Origin: Octopus bimaculoides
Lineage: Eukaryota
Direction of reading: 5' to 3'
DNA length: 64,000 nucleotides
Assembly (NCBI RefSeq): GCF_001194135.2
Contig: NC_068990.1
Coordinates: 60,806,857-60,870,856 of the forward strand
The translations under genes and the position numbers were made by a program. Positions 37,301-51,647 of the stretch are shown one piece after another (position 1 is the stretch's first letter; every line of letters begins with the position of its first letter). The notes beneath the pieces were generated by a model that had not been told where the DNA came from, searched no databases, and saw nothing but the letters and a program-made list of their open reading frames with translations.

Positions 37301-39848
37301 GTTGTTCAAAGTAGCAAAATATTGGTATAATTTACAATCTACTTCTATTTACCCTCTTTTGTTTCACATACTGTAGCTAATATTAAATGTTTTGACATAC
37401 TGATTTTGTTATCTTGGCAAGAATAGAGAGAAAAAAAGAATGACTTAGAAAGCAATTACATCTTCTTCGGAATTATTGAATGGGGTATCTGTTAAATATG
37501 GAGCAAGTAAAACTATTTAAATTCAACAAAATTAATAATCGTCTGTACTCATTTATCTATTTAAAGAACACATTCTGAAAACCAAAGAATCTATTTTAAA
37601 GTAACATTCCTATACATGATGAAAGTACATAATTCTTAAGTGTATTATTTCCTTCTGAATAGCAATAAATAAATATTACATACCTCCAGAAGGACAGTTA
37701 ATAAAAATTGAATATGCATTGAACAAAATGAAGATTATCTTTTAGAAAAGAACGTTTTTCAGTGCCAGAAACAGTGTGTTTAGTTCTACAATCATGTAAT
37801 TAACACTATTAAAATGAAGGACAGCATAATATCATATAAGATATAAATAGATAATAAATTTGGTATTTAAGTGTGTAACTACCAGTTTCTTTCTATGGAG
37901 AAGAATGTTCCATAACATTTTTCAAACCTTCTGAAATTAACAATATATCATTATGTTGGACACATCCATTAATGGTTACAGTTATTTTCTTTAGTTTCTT
38001 CATTCCATAAATCTTTGAGAGCCACATGTAAGAATCTGTTGTTTTGTATTTTTCTTTACCTGCCTAATCTAAATTTGTTTTACAATTCAATTTAGTTTTA
38101 GAATTAATTTCAGAATATTTTATTTTCTTCACTGCTGGCTGGCTGATCTAGCTGTCCAATTTCAAAGTTTGATTCAAATGAGAAAATGTTTTCATTATAG
38201 GATTATTTCTATCACAGAAAATGGCTTATATTTTGCTAGAATACATTATTTTGTAAAGGAGCAATTTGAACACAGTTTAATCCCATTGGAGAAATATACA
38301 TACATATGTATTCCTATAGTGAACAAATCGAGGTAATTATTAGCTTAACAGATTTTCCTTGTTTATGATTTTTTTTTGCTACTTTTGAGGAAGATAGTTA
38401 TCTAGGGAAATTCATAGTTAACTAGGAAACTGAAAAAAAGCCTGTCATACATTTCATATATATATGTATGTGTGTGTATATATATATANNNNNNNNNNTT
38501 TTTGCTACTTTTGAGGAAGATAGTTATCTAGGGAAATTCATAGTTAACTAGGAAACTGAAAAAAAGCCTGTCATACATTTCATATATATATGTATGTGTG
38601 TGTGTTTCTTTTGTTTGTCCACCCCCACCACTTTGTTTACATTTCTGTAACTTAGCAGTTTGCCAAAAGAGCCCGATAGAGTAAGTGCCAGACTTAAAAA
38701 AAGGACAAGGTATGATGTGTTCGACAAAAATTCTTCAAGTTAATGATAAAAGATAAAAGGTGGTATTGTTAACTTCTCAAGGTTGGTATCATTTAGTAGA
38801 AGAAGATGAAATATTCATCCACACCATTTTCTCTTCTGAGACTAAAATTCTTTACATAACAGTTCTGGAGATCAAATGATAATCACACGGATTCTATTAT
38901 CCATCAGACCATTTGCTTTGAGATTTCATAGATAAAATTATTATATATATATATATATATGCTTGTTTATATGTATGCATATGTGCAAGTGTGTGTGTAT
39001 TTAAAAAAAAATGTTTTATACTGTTTCATGCATTTAACTTCATCACCATTATATTAACCCTGAATCTTCCATGCTTGTGTGGTTCACAAAGAATTCATGG
39101 AGGTAGATTTTGTATGGCTTTCCTGTCTCTGTCCCTCCCCTGTTTGCAGCAAAAGGAATTTTTGGAACTTTTGTCAATTAATATAGTTCTTTACTTAGAT
39201 TATTTCAAACTGAATCCAAGTGTTAAAATCTAGAAACAACCAAGAATAATGTATCACTAACACATACATGTTATACACACGTGCATGCATGCACACACAT
39301 GCTCGCATGCATGTGTGCACACACACGCGCACAAACACACACACATACATGTTAGTGATACATTATATTTGTTTGTTTCCGTATTCTGACATTTGGACTT
39401 ATATATACACATACACATGTATCTATTTACATATATATGTGCACATACACTTAGATAAATTAGAAAGGTAAGTGGGTGGGTTTAGACGGGTAGACAGTTT
39501 GGTGGGTACACTTTAAGACTAAGACAAGAAAATTATGCATTATATTTATATATTGTTATGCATATTTATGTGAATATCTATGTTTCTTGAAATTTTTCTG
39601 ATAAAGGAGTAAATGTAGCGTATGTGTGTGTGTGTACATACGTGTGTGTGTGCATGCGTGTGTGTGTGTACAGATGTACATATGTACACACGTGGCTGTG
39701 TAGTAAGGAGCTTGAGCAAGTGTCTTCTACTATGGCCTCAGACCTACCATGGCCTTGTGAGAGGATTTTGTTAATGGAAACTGAAAGAAGTCTGTCATAT
39801 ATATATATATATATAACACACACACACATGCACACATACATATATATG

Positions 39849-39881
<33 letters not shown>

Positions 39882-40370
39882 GTATCTATGTATATATATC
39901 TTTGTGTATNNNNNNNNNNNNNNNNNNNNNNNNNNNNNNNNNNNNNNNNNNNNNNNNNNNNNNNNNNNNNNNNNNNNNNNNNNNNNNNNNNNNNNNNNNN
40001 NNNNNNNNNNNNNNNNNNNNNNNNNNNNNNNNNNNNNNNNNNNNNNNNNNNNNNNNNNNNNNNNNNNNNNNNNNNNNNNNNNNNNNNNNNNNNNNNNNNN
40101 NNNNNNNNNNNNNNNNNNNNNNNNNNNNNNNNNNNNNNNNNNNNNNNNNNNNNNNNNNNNNNNNNNNNNNNNNNNNNNNNNNNNNNNNNNNNNNNNNNNN
40201 NNNNNNNNNNNNNNNNNNNNNNNNNNNNNNNNNNNNNNNNNNNNNNNNNNNNNNNNNNNNNNNNNNNNNNNNNNNNNNNNNNNNNNNNNNNNNNNNNNNN
40301 NATATATTTATATACAGCTTGTAGCACAGTACCCATTAGGGTTACGGTTAGGGTTTAGGGTTATTATTTA

Positions 40371-40605
40371 GGCAGCGAGCTGACAGTAACGTTAGTGCGC
40401 TGGGTGAAATGCTTAGCGCTATTTCGTCTGCCGTGATGTTCTGAGTTCAAATTCCGCCGAGGTCGAGTTTGCCTTTCATCCTTTTGGGGTCGATAAATTA
40501 AGTACCAGTTACACACTGGGGTCGATGTAATTGACTTAATCCCTATGTCTGTCCTTGTCTGTCTCCTCTATGTTTAGCCCCTTGTGGGCAATAAAGAAAT
40601 AAGAA
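40371..40605 (+). mobile_element. SINE family C, well-preserved copy
   Basis: tRNA-like head with gagttcaaattcc B box, central gccttt catcc..ggggtcgataaattaagtaccag domain, (AAGAAAT) tail; CpGs retained. Confidence 0.88.
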
Positions 40606-43254
40606 ATATTGTTTAGGTTTATTTAAATGTAAATTGTTGTTCGATATTTAATTCTAGCTTAACCAACAGTAAATTTAATGCTTATTTTTTTTAAGTGTGA
40701 CCATTCTGGGGCATCATATTGAAGGGGTTTTAGATGAATGAATCAACCCCAGTACTTATTTTTTTAAAATCTGGTAATTCTTCTGTTGGCTCCTTTTTGC
40801 CAAATTGCTAAGTTATGGGAATGTAAACAAACCAACACTGGTTGTCAAGTGTTGGTGGGGGTTGGGGTGGGACAGACACACATGCACATATGCATACATA
40901 CATAGTGAAGTTGCATGACTCAATGGTTAGGGCATCAGGTTTACAATCATGGCGTAATGAGTTCAATTCCCGGGCCAGAATCATGTGGCTAGGAAGCAAC
41001 TGAGGGTTTATACAGTCATGCCTGCACTTATATATCTAAGAATAAAATTGATGCTCATATGTTAGCCTTAGTGATGAGAAAAATCATTTTCTAAATAATT
41101 AACTCTGGTAAAAGGAAACAAAGGAGACAATTCTGAAGTTACTTTTAATTCATATGTATTGCCAAGAAGTTACAAATCTGATCTTCATTACTACTATAAC
41201 AACTCCAGATATGCAATGTTATTACCAGTTCAAATATGTTTGTGGTATGTTTGAACTCATAAGCAAACCATTCACTATGTTTTGTCATGGAGAAAATTTC
41301 TTGCTGCAGACAAATGGGGTCCAGATATATTTTGGTCTTACTGGATGTCTTTAAGCAAAGCTTTGCGAATGAATACAGTGTATCATTTTTGTATCTGAGT
41401 CTATAAGTTAGAAGAATATCCAGTAATACATACCCAGGGATACCTGCTAGCTGTGTATTTAACCTTGTTCTCAAATATTTTGGATGGTTATTCCCTTCTA
41501 CAGAAAACACAAATCTTACGAGTGAAAGACAATAACTTTAACCTATTGTAGCCTCATTCAGCTTTGATGCTATCAGCATTATGAACAGTCTAGCAGAGTG
41601 TTTGTAGTTCTGATGGCATCAAAGTGTTTGAATATTAGTCACTGACCGTAATTAATCATCCAGTAGTTTAGATTGTGGAATGAGCATATAAGGAAAGTTA
41701 GTTAATAACATTATAAAGCGTATGCTTATTAATTCTCTCCTGGTCATTATCTGCTTTGTAAACATATAGTTAAGCAGGGAGTAATGTGATGAGTTAAAAC
41801 AATATCAAGAATTAATTTTAAGTTAGGTTGAGTAAAAAGCCTGTCTTGTGTGTGTGTGTGTGTCTTTGTGTCTGTGTTTGTCCCTTTAGTTGACCTTGGT
41901 GAGATTCGAACTAAGAACATAAAGAGTTGTAAATATCTATCTATCACATGGCATGTTGTTTGACACACATAGTTCTGCTAATTCACTGTCTATGCTGGTG
42001 TCACATAAAAAGCATCCAGTATGCTCTATAAAGTGGATGGTATTAGGAAGGGCATCTGGCTGAAAAAAACATCACCACTTGGCAACCAGTGTTGGTGTAT
42101 TTATGTCTTCATGACTAAGTGGTTTGGTAAAAGAGACCAATAGAATAAGTATCAGCCTTTAAAAGAAAAGTATGAACTGGGTCAATTCATTCAACTGAAA
42201 TCCTTCAAGGTGGCACCCCAGCTTGTTTGCAGTCTAATGATTGAAACCAGTAAGAAATAAAAGAAAAGATAGAAGTTCTGCACAGGATAGGCAAGAGAGA
42301 TAACTCTGAATTCCAGTTGAAGTAAAATTGAATAAAAGCTTGTTATGGGAAGTGAGTCTGATCTCCCCCCCCCCCACTCCACCGTGGCAAATAGAGATAT
42401 GTTTCAATCTTATCTGATCTCTTTAAAAGAAGTATTACCAGTACTTGCTAGATGACTGAGAGATATAAAGATTTGGAGGGAATTAACATTGACAGGTCTG
42501 ATAAGTTAAAAGTAAAGAGAATAATAAACAAAATACATAGTTGTGACTGTGCAGAATGAGACCCAACTAAGTCAAAATTGCAATTGTTTGGTTGTTAGAC
42601 CTAGATGTCTTTTATTGTGGATTATTACTAAAAAAATATTTAAGGGAATGGCTAATTAACTGTTTTTATCAGGATATTTTTGATTATTCCTTTCATTTTA
42701 CTTATGTATTGTGGAGCAGAACTTTTGAAAGAAATTTGGCAGGATCAAACGAGACTGTTTTGAGGCGCAACAAGGATGGGTTCTCTCAGAATTAAAGGAT
42801 GGATGGCAAGATTACTTTTAGGAAGAGGCAAAGAGACACAATACATAGTCACAGGTCACCACCTCGGTTTGCCAGTACCCCCTCTGGTGTACTGACTGAA
42901 ACCAATCTCTTTCTTATTGGCTCTTGGGGTGGGGTGGAATTTATTTCATATTTACTTTATTATTGCATTAATATTAAATATAAATCTTAACAATAGGCAC
43001 AAGACCATAAATTTGCAGAGAGAGATTAATCAATTAAGTCAACCCTTGTATTTTACTGCAGTTTTGAGAAAGGGATTTAGTTGGTAATGTTGACTTAAAA
43101 CTTGAATGGAACTTTATTTTATCAACCCTAAAATAAAGAACAGCTAAGTTGACCTAAGTGAGATTTAAACTAAAAACATAAAGAACTGTAAATATCTACA
43201 TATAACATGACTTGTTGTTTGGCACACTTATAGGTCTGCTAATTCCCTGTCCAT

Positions 43255-43440
43255 TTGGTGCCACATAAAGAACACCCAGTACACTCTGTAAAGTGGTTGG
43301 CATTAGGAAGGGCATCCAGCTGTAGAAACCATCCCAAAAGCAGACAATGGAGCCAGTGCAGCTCTCTGGTTTGCCAGCCCCTGTTAAACCATCCAACCAT
43401 GCCAGTATAAACGACAGATTTTAAATGATGATGATGATGA
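43255..43440 (+). mobile_element. RTE-type 3' tail element ending in (ATG)n (family D)
   Basis: ggttggcattaggaagggcatccagctgtagaaac ... aaatgatgatgatgatga; related copies at ~5070-5260(-), 29860-29990(-), 50290-50455(-), 54215-54445(+). Confidence 0.8.
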
Positions 43441-43521
43441 TTTAATTTATTTCCTAAATAAATATTTCTTATATAAAAATAATTCTTATTCTTAATGTTG
43501 AATTTTTTAAATATGTATTTG

Positions 43522-43594
<73 letters not shown>

Positions 43595-45769
43595 GTATAT
43601 GTATGTATGTGTGTGTATCTGAATATTACATAATGTATGTATTTCTGTGTATCTTGTACTTTAAACTAACTTTCAAATATTTCATAAATAATAATTAACA
43701 ATTATAATCTATTGTAGTACTCAAATAATTTTCAAGTGTGGTATATTTGTGTTAGTTCTATACTATATAAAATAAAAGAACTGAAAACTTCAGCACTTGC
43801 AATAATCCATCCATTACTGTGTGTTTGAAAAATTGCTGCATAATTCTAATTTTGTATTTTATTCCTCACGTGAATTTTTCACATTTCATAAAAATGCTTT
43901 GAACATTATCTAAACAACTGTATGTAAATCCTTATCTCTGCATCTGCATTATAAAGTGATATTTCAACACTTGAAAGATAATACAAAAATGAGAGGAACT
44001 TAGTAAATACTAGAAGGTATCAAAAAATGATTTCTGAATATACAATGGAAATGTAAACTAATTGAAGAATCATTAATAACAACAAAAGTCTTCATTAATT
44101 TAGCAAGTCTCAAGTACATGGTATAAGTACAAAGTTATTGTCAAAAAAAAAAAAAAAAAAAAAAAAAATGAAATAAATTTCTCTACCATTACAACTGAAA
44201 ATCAGAACTTAGCAGAACTCAATGTTTTGATTATGATTTTTTTTATAGCCACAACAACTTGAAGTGATACAAAAAAAAAAAATGAAGCTTACTCTAATGA
44301 TTACAAATAGAGAGACAATAGCATAGAATGTAAAAAACAAAAACAAAAAAAAACAAAAACATTGACAAATTATGAAGAGAGGGATTAAAAGATGTTATTC
44401 AGTATATGGAATGCCATATAAAGAAATTTAAAGCTATACACATATCTACATATATATACATATATATGCACACATGTATGCACAACCACATAAATTTTAG
44501 AAAATAAAAAAATACAATAAAACACTTAACTGAAGCAAGATATGGTGTAAAGGTGTAAGATGAAAGATTTCTCCAGTTAAGTTGAGCTGGTTAGTCTATG
44601 ACTCTGCTCACTTGACCATTTCTTCAATTGTATTTTTGAGTGCAACCGAATGCAGTATTGAGCATTTATTTTTGTAATATTTAGTATTGAAAGACATCAA
44701 ATCAATCCCTGGAAAGTATTTTTAAAAGTTTGTCTTAATTTAATTTTCCTTGTAATCTTGTTGTTTATATTTGCATAATTTTCAACCTGCATTATTAAAT
44801 CTGTGGCTTCACAGATGTATATTGTTGATCAACTGTTTAAATTTTAAAGAATGGTGAAGTTTAGTTCACCTTCATCCTCTGCATATTCCTTGTTATTTTT
44901 TGGGGGAAGGATTACTTTTGTGATATTTTTCTCTTTCTTCCTTTCATATTTTCATCTGTAATTGTTTCTTTCTCATCACACAATGGAAGTGTGCTACAAA
45001 AGGTTGTTACTTTTAGGGAACAAGGCATTTTCTCATTGATTTGTGATACTGGACCTAAAGATATTTCCATGTTACTATATAACTTTGCTGGTACTTTTCT
45101 CGATATGTTGATAATCTTCTATCGTTACTTACACAAAATTCTCTGGAAACTCTTAGCTCTGTCATTCGTTTTGTTACTGCTGATTTTCATTATTTTTGTT
45201 TTCCTTGATTTTGCTTAAACTTCTTGTTCTTCCAGCATTAAGGCATGTATTACTCCAACAAATACAATAAGACTATGTTTTCCATCTTGTATCATCAACT
45301 TCATATTCCTCACTTCTGCATCTTTCACTGGGCACAGCTTTGGCACAACTCTGGCCTTTGGGAGTCATTTAGACTTGCAAGTCAATTTAGACACCCTTCA
45401 CCACAACTCACTTTCCTTTAAGGTGGCATTTATCACTCTTCCTTACTGTGAAAAAAAAAAAAAAAAGAAAAAAATGACATAAGTCTACATCATGTTCCTT
45501 TTCTCTTATTATGATTCTTGTGCTTTCTGTAACCCATCTACTGGGGCACAGATATATGGTCAGAAGTATATCTGACAATTTCAGCCTCTGTTTTGATTGT
45601 GTTTTCACTTTAAAAGTACAGCAGATAGTGCTGTTTTCATTTGAGATTATTTCTCCTGCTATGTCCTTGTTGTACTATTTGATATGAGGTAAAATTTAAT
45701 CTGCTTCTGTCTTCTTATAAGCAGAATTATATAATTTTTCTCTTTGCTCTTTCCTAAATTATCTGTTGT

Positions 45770-46200
45770 GGCAAAGAAATGCTGTTGGGTTTTACAAAAT
45801 GCAGAAGTTATAAGATGAAGACAACTGAGATGTGGCATGAACACCAGATAAACATGGTCACTGACAACAATGATGTTACCATCCTCTGAGATAGGCCTGT
45901 CCATGCTGTGAAAGATAAAAGTCAACAAGCTTGGCATTGTTATCCAGGACAAGGACAGGATGTGTATACTTACAGATATTGCAACACCTTTCAAAACACA
46001 ACACCACTATGAAAGTCACAGAAGCTGACCAAGTAAAAAGACAAAAACCTTAAGATCAAAATTAACAAGATGTGGAACATGAAGACCAAAATAATATCAG
46101 TGGTCATTGGAGTGCTAGGACTCATGAAGAATGAGTTATGGAAGCATCACCTTGAAGCAGATTGAGAAAATGTGAAACTTCATTAAATTCTAAAATTGAA
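45770..46200 (+). mobile_element. Decayed R4/Dong-type RLE LINE fragment
   Basis: WHEHQINMVTDNNDVTIL*DRPVH..., VNKLGIVIQDKDR...LTDIATP, KINKMWNMKTKIISVVIGVLG. Confidence 0.75.
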
Positions 46201-48185
46201 ATGAGTTGGATATAAGACATGCAAGTGAAATCGCCGACAGTTTACATTGGTTTTTCCTGGCTGGTCTATGTTGGATAGTTTTCCTGAGGCACAGTTTTAC
46301 AGCTAGAGGCTCTTCCTGCCTTCAGTTCTTTCAGTCACCTCTTATGACACACAAGTATACAGTGTGTCTATTCTAAACCAAGGGAATTCATGGTATGGGT
46401 ACAAAAGTGTAAACAGTACCTAAAATAGTTGGAGTACAAGGTGTGGAAAAGATAAACAAAAGCAAAACATTAAAAAAAAAAACTCAACTGGGCTCACAAC
46501 TCTATACTCAGTCCATAACACCACCCTGCTAAGCACAACCCGCATCCTATGCAAAACACCTTCACTTCAGTCACACTAGTCATATAATATATTCTGTATA
46601 TTCTGTACATAACACATCATATTCCTTATATAATCACTACCCAATAAAATAAATGGTAATTTGGTCAAGTAACATGACACTATGACATCATAACTCTAGC
46701 AATTACAGTCATGCTTGGATGAACTCCACCTTTGTATAGGAAGACTTCAAAAGAGGTGATTGAGAACCATCATGCAATGGGCAGAGAGGAAGATGGGAGA
46801 GAACATGTGGCTGGCTGATGACTGGGAAAGATGGAAAGAGGAGATTACTATGCACTTACAGCCTCCCTAGGCAATGGTTATTGATTAATTGATTGTAATA
46901 ATCAATAATAATCAATATAGATATAATAAATGAATATCAAATTTGTACATCATTGAATTCATATTAACCTATATACTAAAGTTTAATTTTTTAAAAAAAT
47001 TTCCTTCAAAATAATTACAATTGGAGAATTAAAACAAAACAAAAAATACACATATCCAATTTTTGGGCAATATTCGGATTTGCTTCTAATCTATGTTGGC
47101 AATTTTAATGTTTGAAGTGTCAAAAAATGCAGCTTATAACAAGGAGTGTTATGAGTACATTTGTGATGCACAAAACCCTATTTGTCAATGGAAAATGATC
47201 AAAATATTTTGATTACTTGACTTCCTAAAATTAGCAGCAAAATCTCAGTCAAATCACATATTACCATCTTAGAAAAAGGAAAATATACATTCAATAATCT
47301 GACCCTTGAAACATATTTCCGAAGAAAAGGACAGGATGGACATGGTGAGAATGTTTTTGATCACTTGCCAACGCTATCATGATCGCACTAAGTGTAAACT
47401 GGAGCAACAACAATAAATCTCAGGATCTTCAAGGTAATATTGTAAACCTTATTTCAATTATGCAGAGCTGCTAAATATCAAGACAGAGGAAACTAGGTGA
47501 GATTCTGATAATATACATCCGACACACATTGAATACTTCCCTGTAGGTCTTAAGAAAGAAAATTAAAAGAATTTTTGACTTAAACTGTCAGTTCTGTTAT
47601 GGAGCTCAGTGCATATGAGATTCACATTCAGTGACTCAGATTGACAAACAATTATAAAAACCCTGTTGATAAAGGGCATTGTTAAATTTATTGATTTAAC
47701 TTTCAATAACGACCAGATGGCTAACAAATATGACCATAAAAATCATTGGCTTATTGATTAGAATTTCATAAGGATCTGTCTCATCACCTATCTTCTTCAA
47801 ACTTGTATGCAAACATCAGTAAGCATACAGGGGTCAATTGCACCCTGTGTGAAGGAGGGGAGTGGCTTAATGGTTGAGTTGTTGGAGTTATAATTGTAAG
47901 ATTGTGGTTTCTATTCCTGGAGCAAGTGATGTGTTGTTTCCTTGAGCAAAAAACTTAATTTCACATTGATCCAGTTTACTCAACTGACAGAAATTAGTAA
48001 TCCTGGGACAGATCTGCATCTCATCCAGTGGGGAAATACATGTGCCATGGAAACTGGAAAACTTATCCTATGAGTCTATATGACTTGGGAAGGCTCTTTA
48101 TACTTTTATATATACCTACCTTTATATATATATATGTATGTATGTACATATGTATACACACACACACACACACACACACATACAT

Positions 48186-48221
<36 letters not shown>

Positions 48222-48561
48222 NNNNNNNNNNNNNNNNNNNNNNNNNNNNNNNNNNNNNNNNNNNNNNNNNNNNNNNNNNNNNNNNNNNNNNNNNNNNNNN
48301 NNNNNNNNNNNNNNNNNNNNNNNNNNNNNNNNNNNNNNNNNNNNNNNNNNNNNNNNNNNNNNNNNNNNNNNNNNNNNNNNNNNNNNNNNNNNNNNNNNNN
48401 NNNNNNNNNNNNNNNTTATTCTATCAGTTTCTTTTGCTGAACTGCTAAGGTACGAGGACATAAACATACCAACATCAGATTTTCATGCTATGGTGAGGGT
48501 ACAAACACAAACGCATATTTGATGGGCTTCTTGCAGTTTCCATCTACCAAATCCACTCACA

Positions 48562-48821
48562 GTGGAGGCGCGTGGCCTAGTGGTTAGGGTGTCAGCATCA
48601 TGATCGTAAGATTGTGGTTTCGATTCCTGGACCGGGTGACGCATTGTGTTCTTGAGCAAAACACTTCATTTCACGTTGCTCCAGTCCACTCAGCTGGCAA
48701 AAATGAGTAATGCTGTGATGGACAGGCATCCTCTCCAGCTGGGGAACCCATACACCATTGAAACCAGGACACCAGGCCCATGAGCCTGGCTAGGCTTTAA
48801 AAGGGCGCATTTATTTATTTT
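48562..48821 (+). mobile_element. SINE family B (short form) inserted into a minus-strand SINE A, with 14-bp TSD
   Basis: A box tggcctagtgg, B box ggtttcgattcc, (ATTT)n tail; TSD caaatccactc(a/g)ca at 48548-61 and 48822-35. Confidence 0.92.
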
Positions 48822-49083
48822 CAAATCCACTCGCAAGGCTTTGGTCAGCCCGAGGCTATAGTAGAAAATACTTGCGCCCAAGTTGCCACACAGTGGGACT
48901 GAACCTGGAACCATGTGGTTGGGTAGCAGTATATATGTGTATGTGCATGTATTAATATATATATAAAAATCAAAATAAGCAACAAGGATATCCAGAGATA
49001 ATGCAGTGCGATCGTTTCATGCAACTCCATTTAATTGAACAATGTAATCATTACATCAATTTAAAATGCAGAGCAATCTTCAG

Positions 49084-49138
<55 letters not shown>

Positions 49139-49805
49139 NNNNNNNNNNNNNNNNNNNNNNNNNNNNNNNNNNNNNNNNNNNNNNNNNNNNNNNNNNNNNN
49201 NNNNNNNNNNNNNNNNNNNNNNNNNNNNNNNNNNNNNNNNNNNNNNNNNNNNNNNNNNNNNNNNNNNNNNNNNNNNNNNNNNNNNNNNNNNNNNNNNNNN
49301 NNNNNNNNNNNNNNNNNNNNNNNNNNNNNNNNNNNNNNNNNNNNNNNNNNNNNNNNNNNNNNNNNNNNNNNNNNNNNNNNNNNNNNNNNNNNNNNNNNNN
49401 NNNNNNNNNNNNNNNNNNNNNNNNNNNNNNNNNNNNNNNNNNNNNNNNNNNNNNNNNNNNNNNNNNNNNNNNNNNNNNNNNNNNNNNNNNNNNNNNNNNN
49501 NNNNNNNNNNNNNNNNNNNNNNNNNNNNNNNNNNNNNNNNNNNNNNNNNNNNNNNNNNNNNNNNNNNNNNNNNNNNNNNNNNNNNNNNNNNNNNNNNNNN
49601 NNNNNNNNNNNNNNNNNNNNNNNNNNNNNNNNNNNNNNNNNNNNNNNNNNNNNNNNNNNNNNNNNNNNNNNNNNNNNNNNNNNNNNNNNNNNNNNNNNNN
49701 NNNNNNNNNNNNNNNNNNNNNNNNNNNNNNNNNNNNNNNNNNNNNNNNNNNNNNNNNNNNNNNNNNNNNNNNNNNNNNNNNNNNNNNNNNNNNNNNNNNN
49801 NNNNN

Positions 49806-49849
<44 letters not shown>

Positions 49850-49879
49850 CATGCATATATATACATATACTGTAGGTTC

Positions 49880-50270
49880 TCAACATGGTTTGCATCTACC
49901 AAATTCCACTTCAGAAATATTATGTTAGTAAAATGGAAGAACAATCTTCTCATGCATCTACCAATATAGAGTATGGCCATTATTTCTAGCTCCCCACATA
50001 TTTTTGTATCAAATCTTCTCACTTAATATAATGACAATTTTACTAAAATTGGTGTGCTTACTATGATGAAGACTATGATGAAGATATTCTTTGTACTGTA
50101 AATTTGAAGAGCTGGCAATTAATAAGTTGTCAATATAAGCAAAAGCAATATCCAAACCATGAATAACTTTAACTAACGAATCTCTGGAGTGAATTTTCTG
50201 AATTCCACAGATCAAATGGAATTCTCAAAACCTGATTGTCCAACGAGTGTAGTGATAAATGTCTTATGTT
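49880..50270 (-). mobile_element. Gypsy RT fragment
   Basis: KTFITTLVG...VIHGLDIAFAYIDNLLIASSS matches the Gypsy RT pattern GLDFAFAYIDDLLIAS. Confidence 0.7.
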
Positions 50271-50289
50271 TATCTCATGGCTTACTTCA

Positions 50290-51060
50290 TCATCATCATC
50301 ATCATCGTTTAATGTCCACTTTCCATGCTAGCATGGGTTGGACGATTTGACTGAGGACTGGTGAAACGAGATGGCTACACCAGGCTCCAATCTGATTAGG
50401 CAGAGTTTCTACAGCTGGATGCCCTTCCTAACGCCAACCACTCAGAGAGTGTAGTGGGTGCTTTTACGTGCCACCAGCACGAAGGCCAGTCAGGCGGTAC
50501 TGGCAATGGCCACGCTTAAAATGGTGTATTTTATGTGCCACCTGCACAGGAGCCAGTTCGGCCGCACTGGTAACGATCTCGCTCGAATGTCTTTACATGT
50601 GCCATCCGGCACAAGTGCNNNNNNNNNNNNNNNNNNNNNNNNNNNNNNNNNNNNNNNNNNNNNNNNNNNNNNNNNNNNNNNNNNNNNNNNNNNNNNNNNN
50701 NNNNNNNNNNNNNNNNNNNNNNNNNNNNNNNNNNNNNNNNNNNNNNNNNNNNNNNNNNNNNNNNNNNNNNNNNNNNNNNNNNNNNNNNNNNNNNNNNNNN
50801 NNNNNNNNNNNNNNNNNNNNNNNNNNNNNNNNNNNNNNNNNNNNNNNNNNNNNNNNNNNNNNNNNNNNNNNNNNNNNNNNNNNNNNNNNNNNNNNNNNNN
50901 NNNNNNNNNNNNNNNNNNNNNNNNNNNNNNNNNNNNNNNNNNNNNNNNNNNNNNNNNNNNNNNNNNNNNNNNNNNNNNNNNNNNNNNNNGCTCGAATGTC
51001 TTTACATGTGCCATCCGGCACAAGTGCCAGGAAGGCGATGCTGGGCACAGGTGCCATGAC
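50290..51060 (-). mobile_element. Family D element carrying the 66-bp minisatellite (partly in N-gap)
   Basis: (CAT)n tail at 50289-50305, RTE-type tail, then minisatellite units 50455-51060. Confidence 0.8.
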
Positions 51061-51590
51061 GGTTTCGCTTACTTGTATTTGATTATATGCTTACACAAAA
51101 TCAGGCTTAGAGACAAATGTTGGCAACACTCAAGGAAGAAGACAACTGCAAATGAGTGGAATATGATAATTATCTGGAATATTCTTGGTGCCTCACATCT
51201 AATAATTACCCCAATGGGGTAATTATTAGATATAAGGAGAAGAAAAGAGCAATTACTGATGAAATACTGAATGGTACCAAGCTGTAATGCATGAACTTCT
51301 GGTTTCGGCATGATGTCATTGCCTTCTTCTCAAAAGTTTGAGAAAACCCTTGGCTTTGTTTTGTTAAGAGCATCTCTGGTAAATGATAAAATGCACCTAG
51401 TAACCACTGTAAAGTAGTTGCTGAAAAGAAGGGAATTTGGTCATAAAAACCATACTAAACTTCAGTCAAGGTGTGGCTCACTGACCCATTATAGGGAACA
51501 ATAATATTGAATAAAACCTAAATCAGAACTGTTACAATGTTTCTAATTCATGCAAGTATTGAAAATGGACTTTAAAAGTATATGTGTGTA

Positions 51591-51647
<57 letters not shown>

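Noticed and set aside
38373-38603. ~105-bp direct duplication across a 10-N gap
   Set aside because: Typical unmerged contig overlap at a microsatellite; most likely an assembly artefact.
48562-48640. tRNA gene
   Set aside because: A and B boxes are present but continue into a SINE body with tail and TSD; SINE head, not a tRNA.
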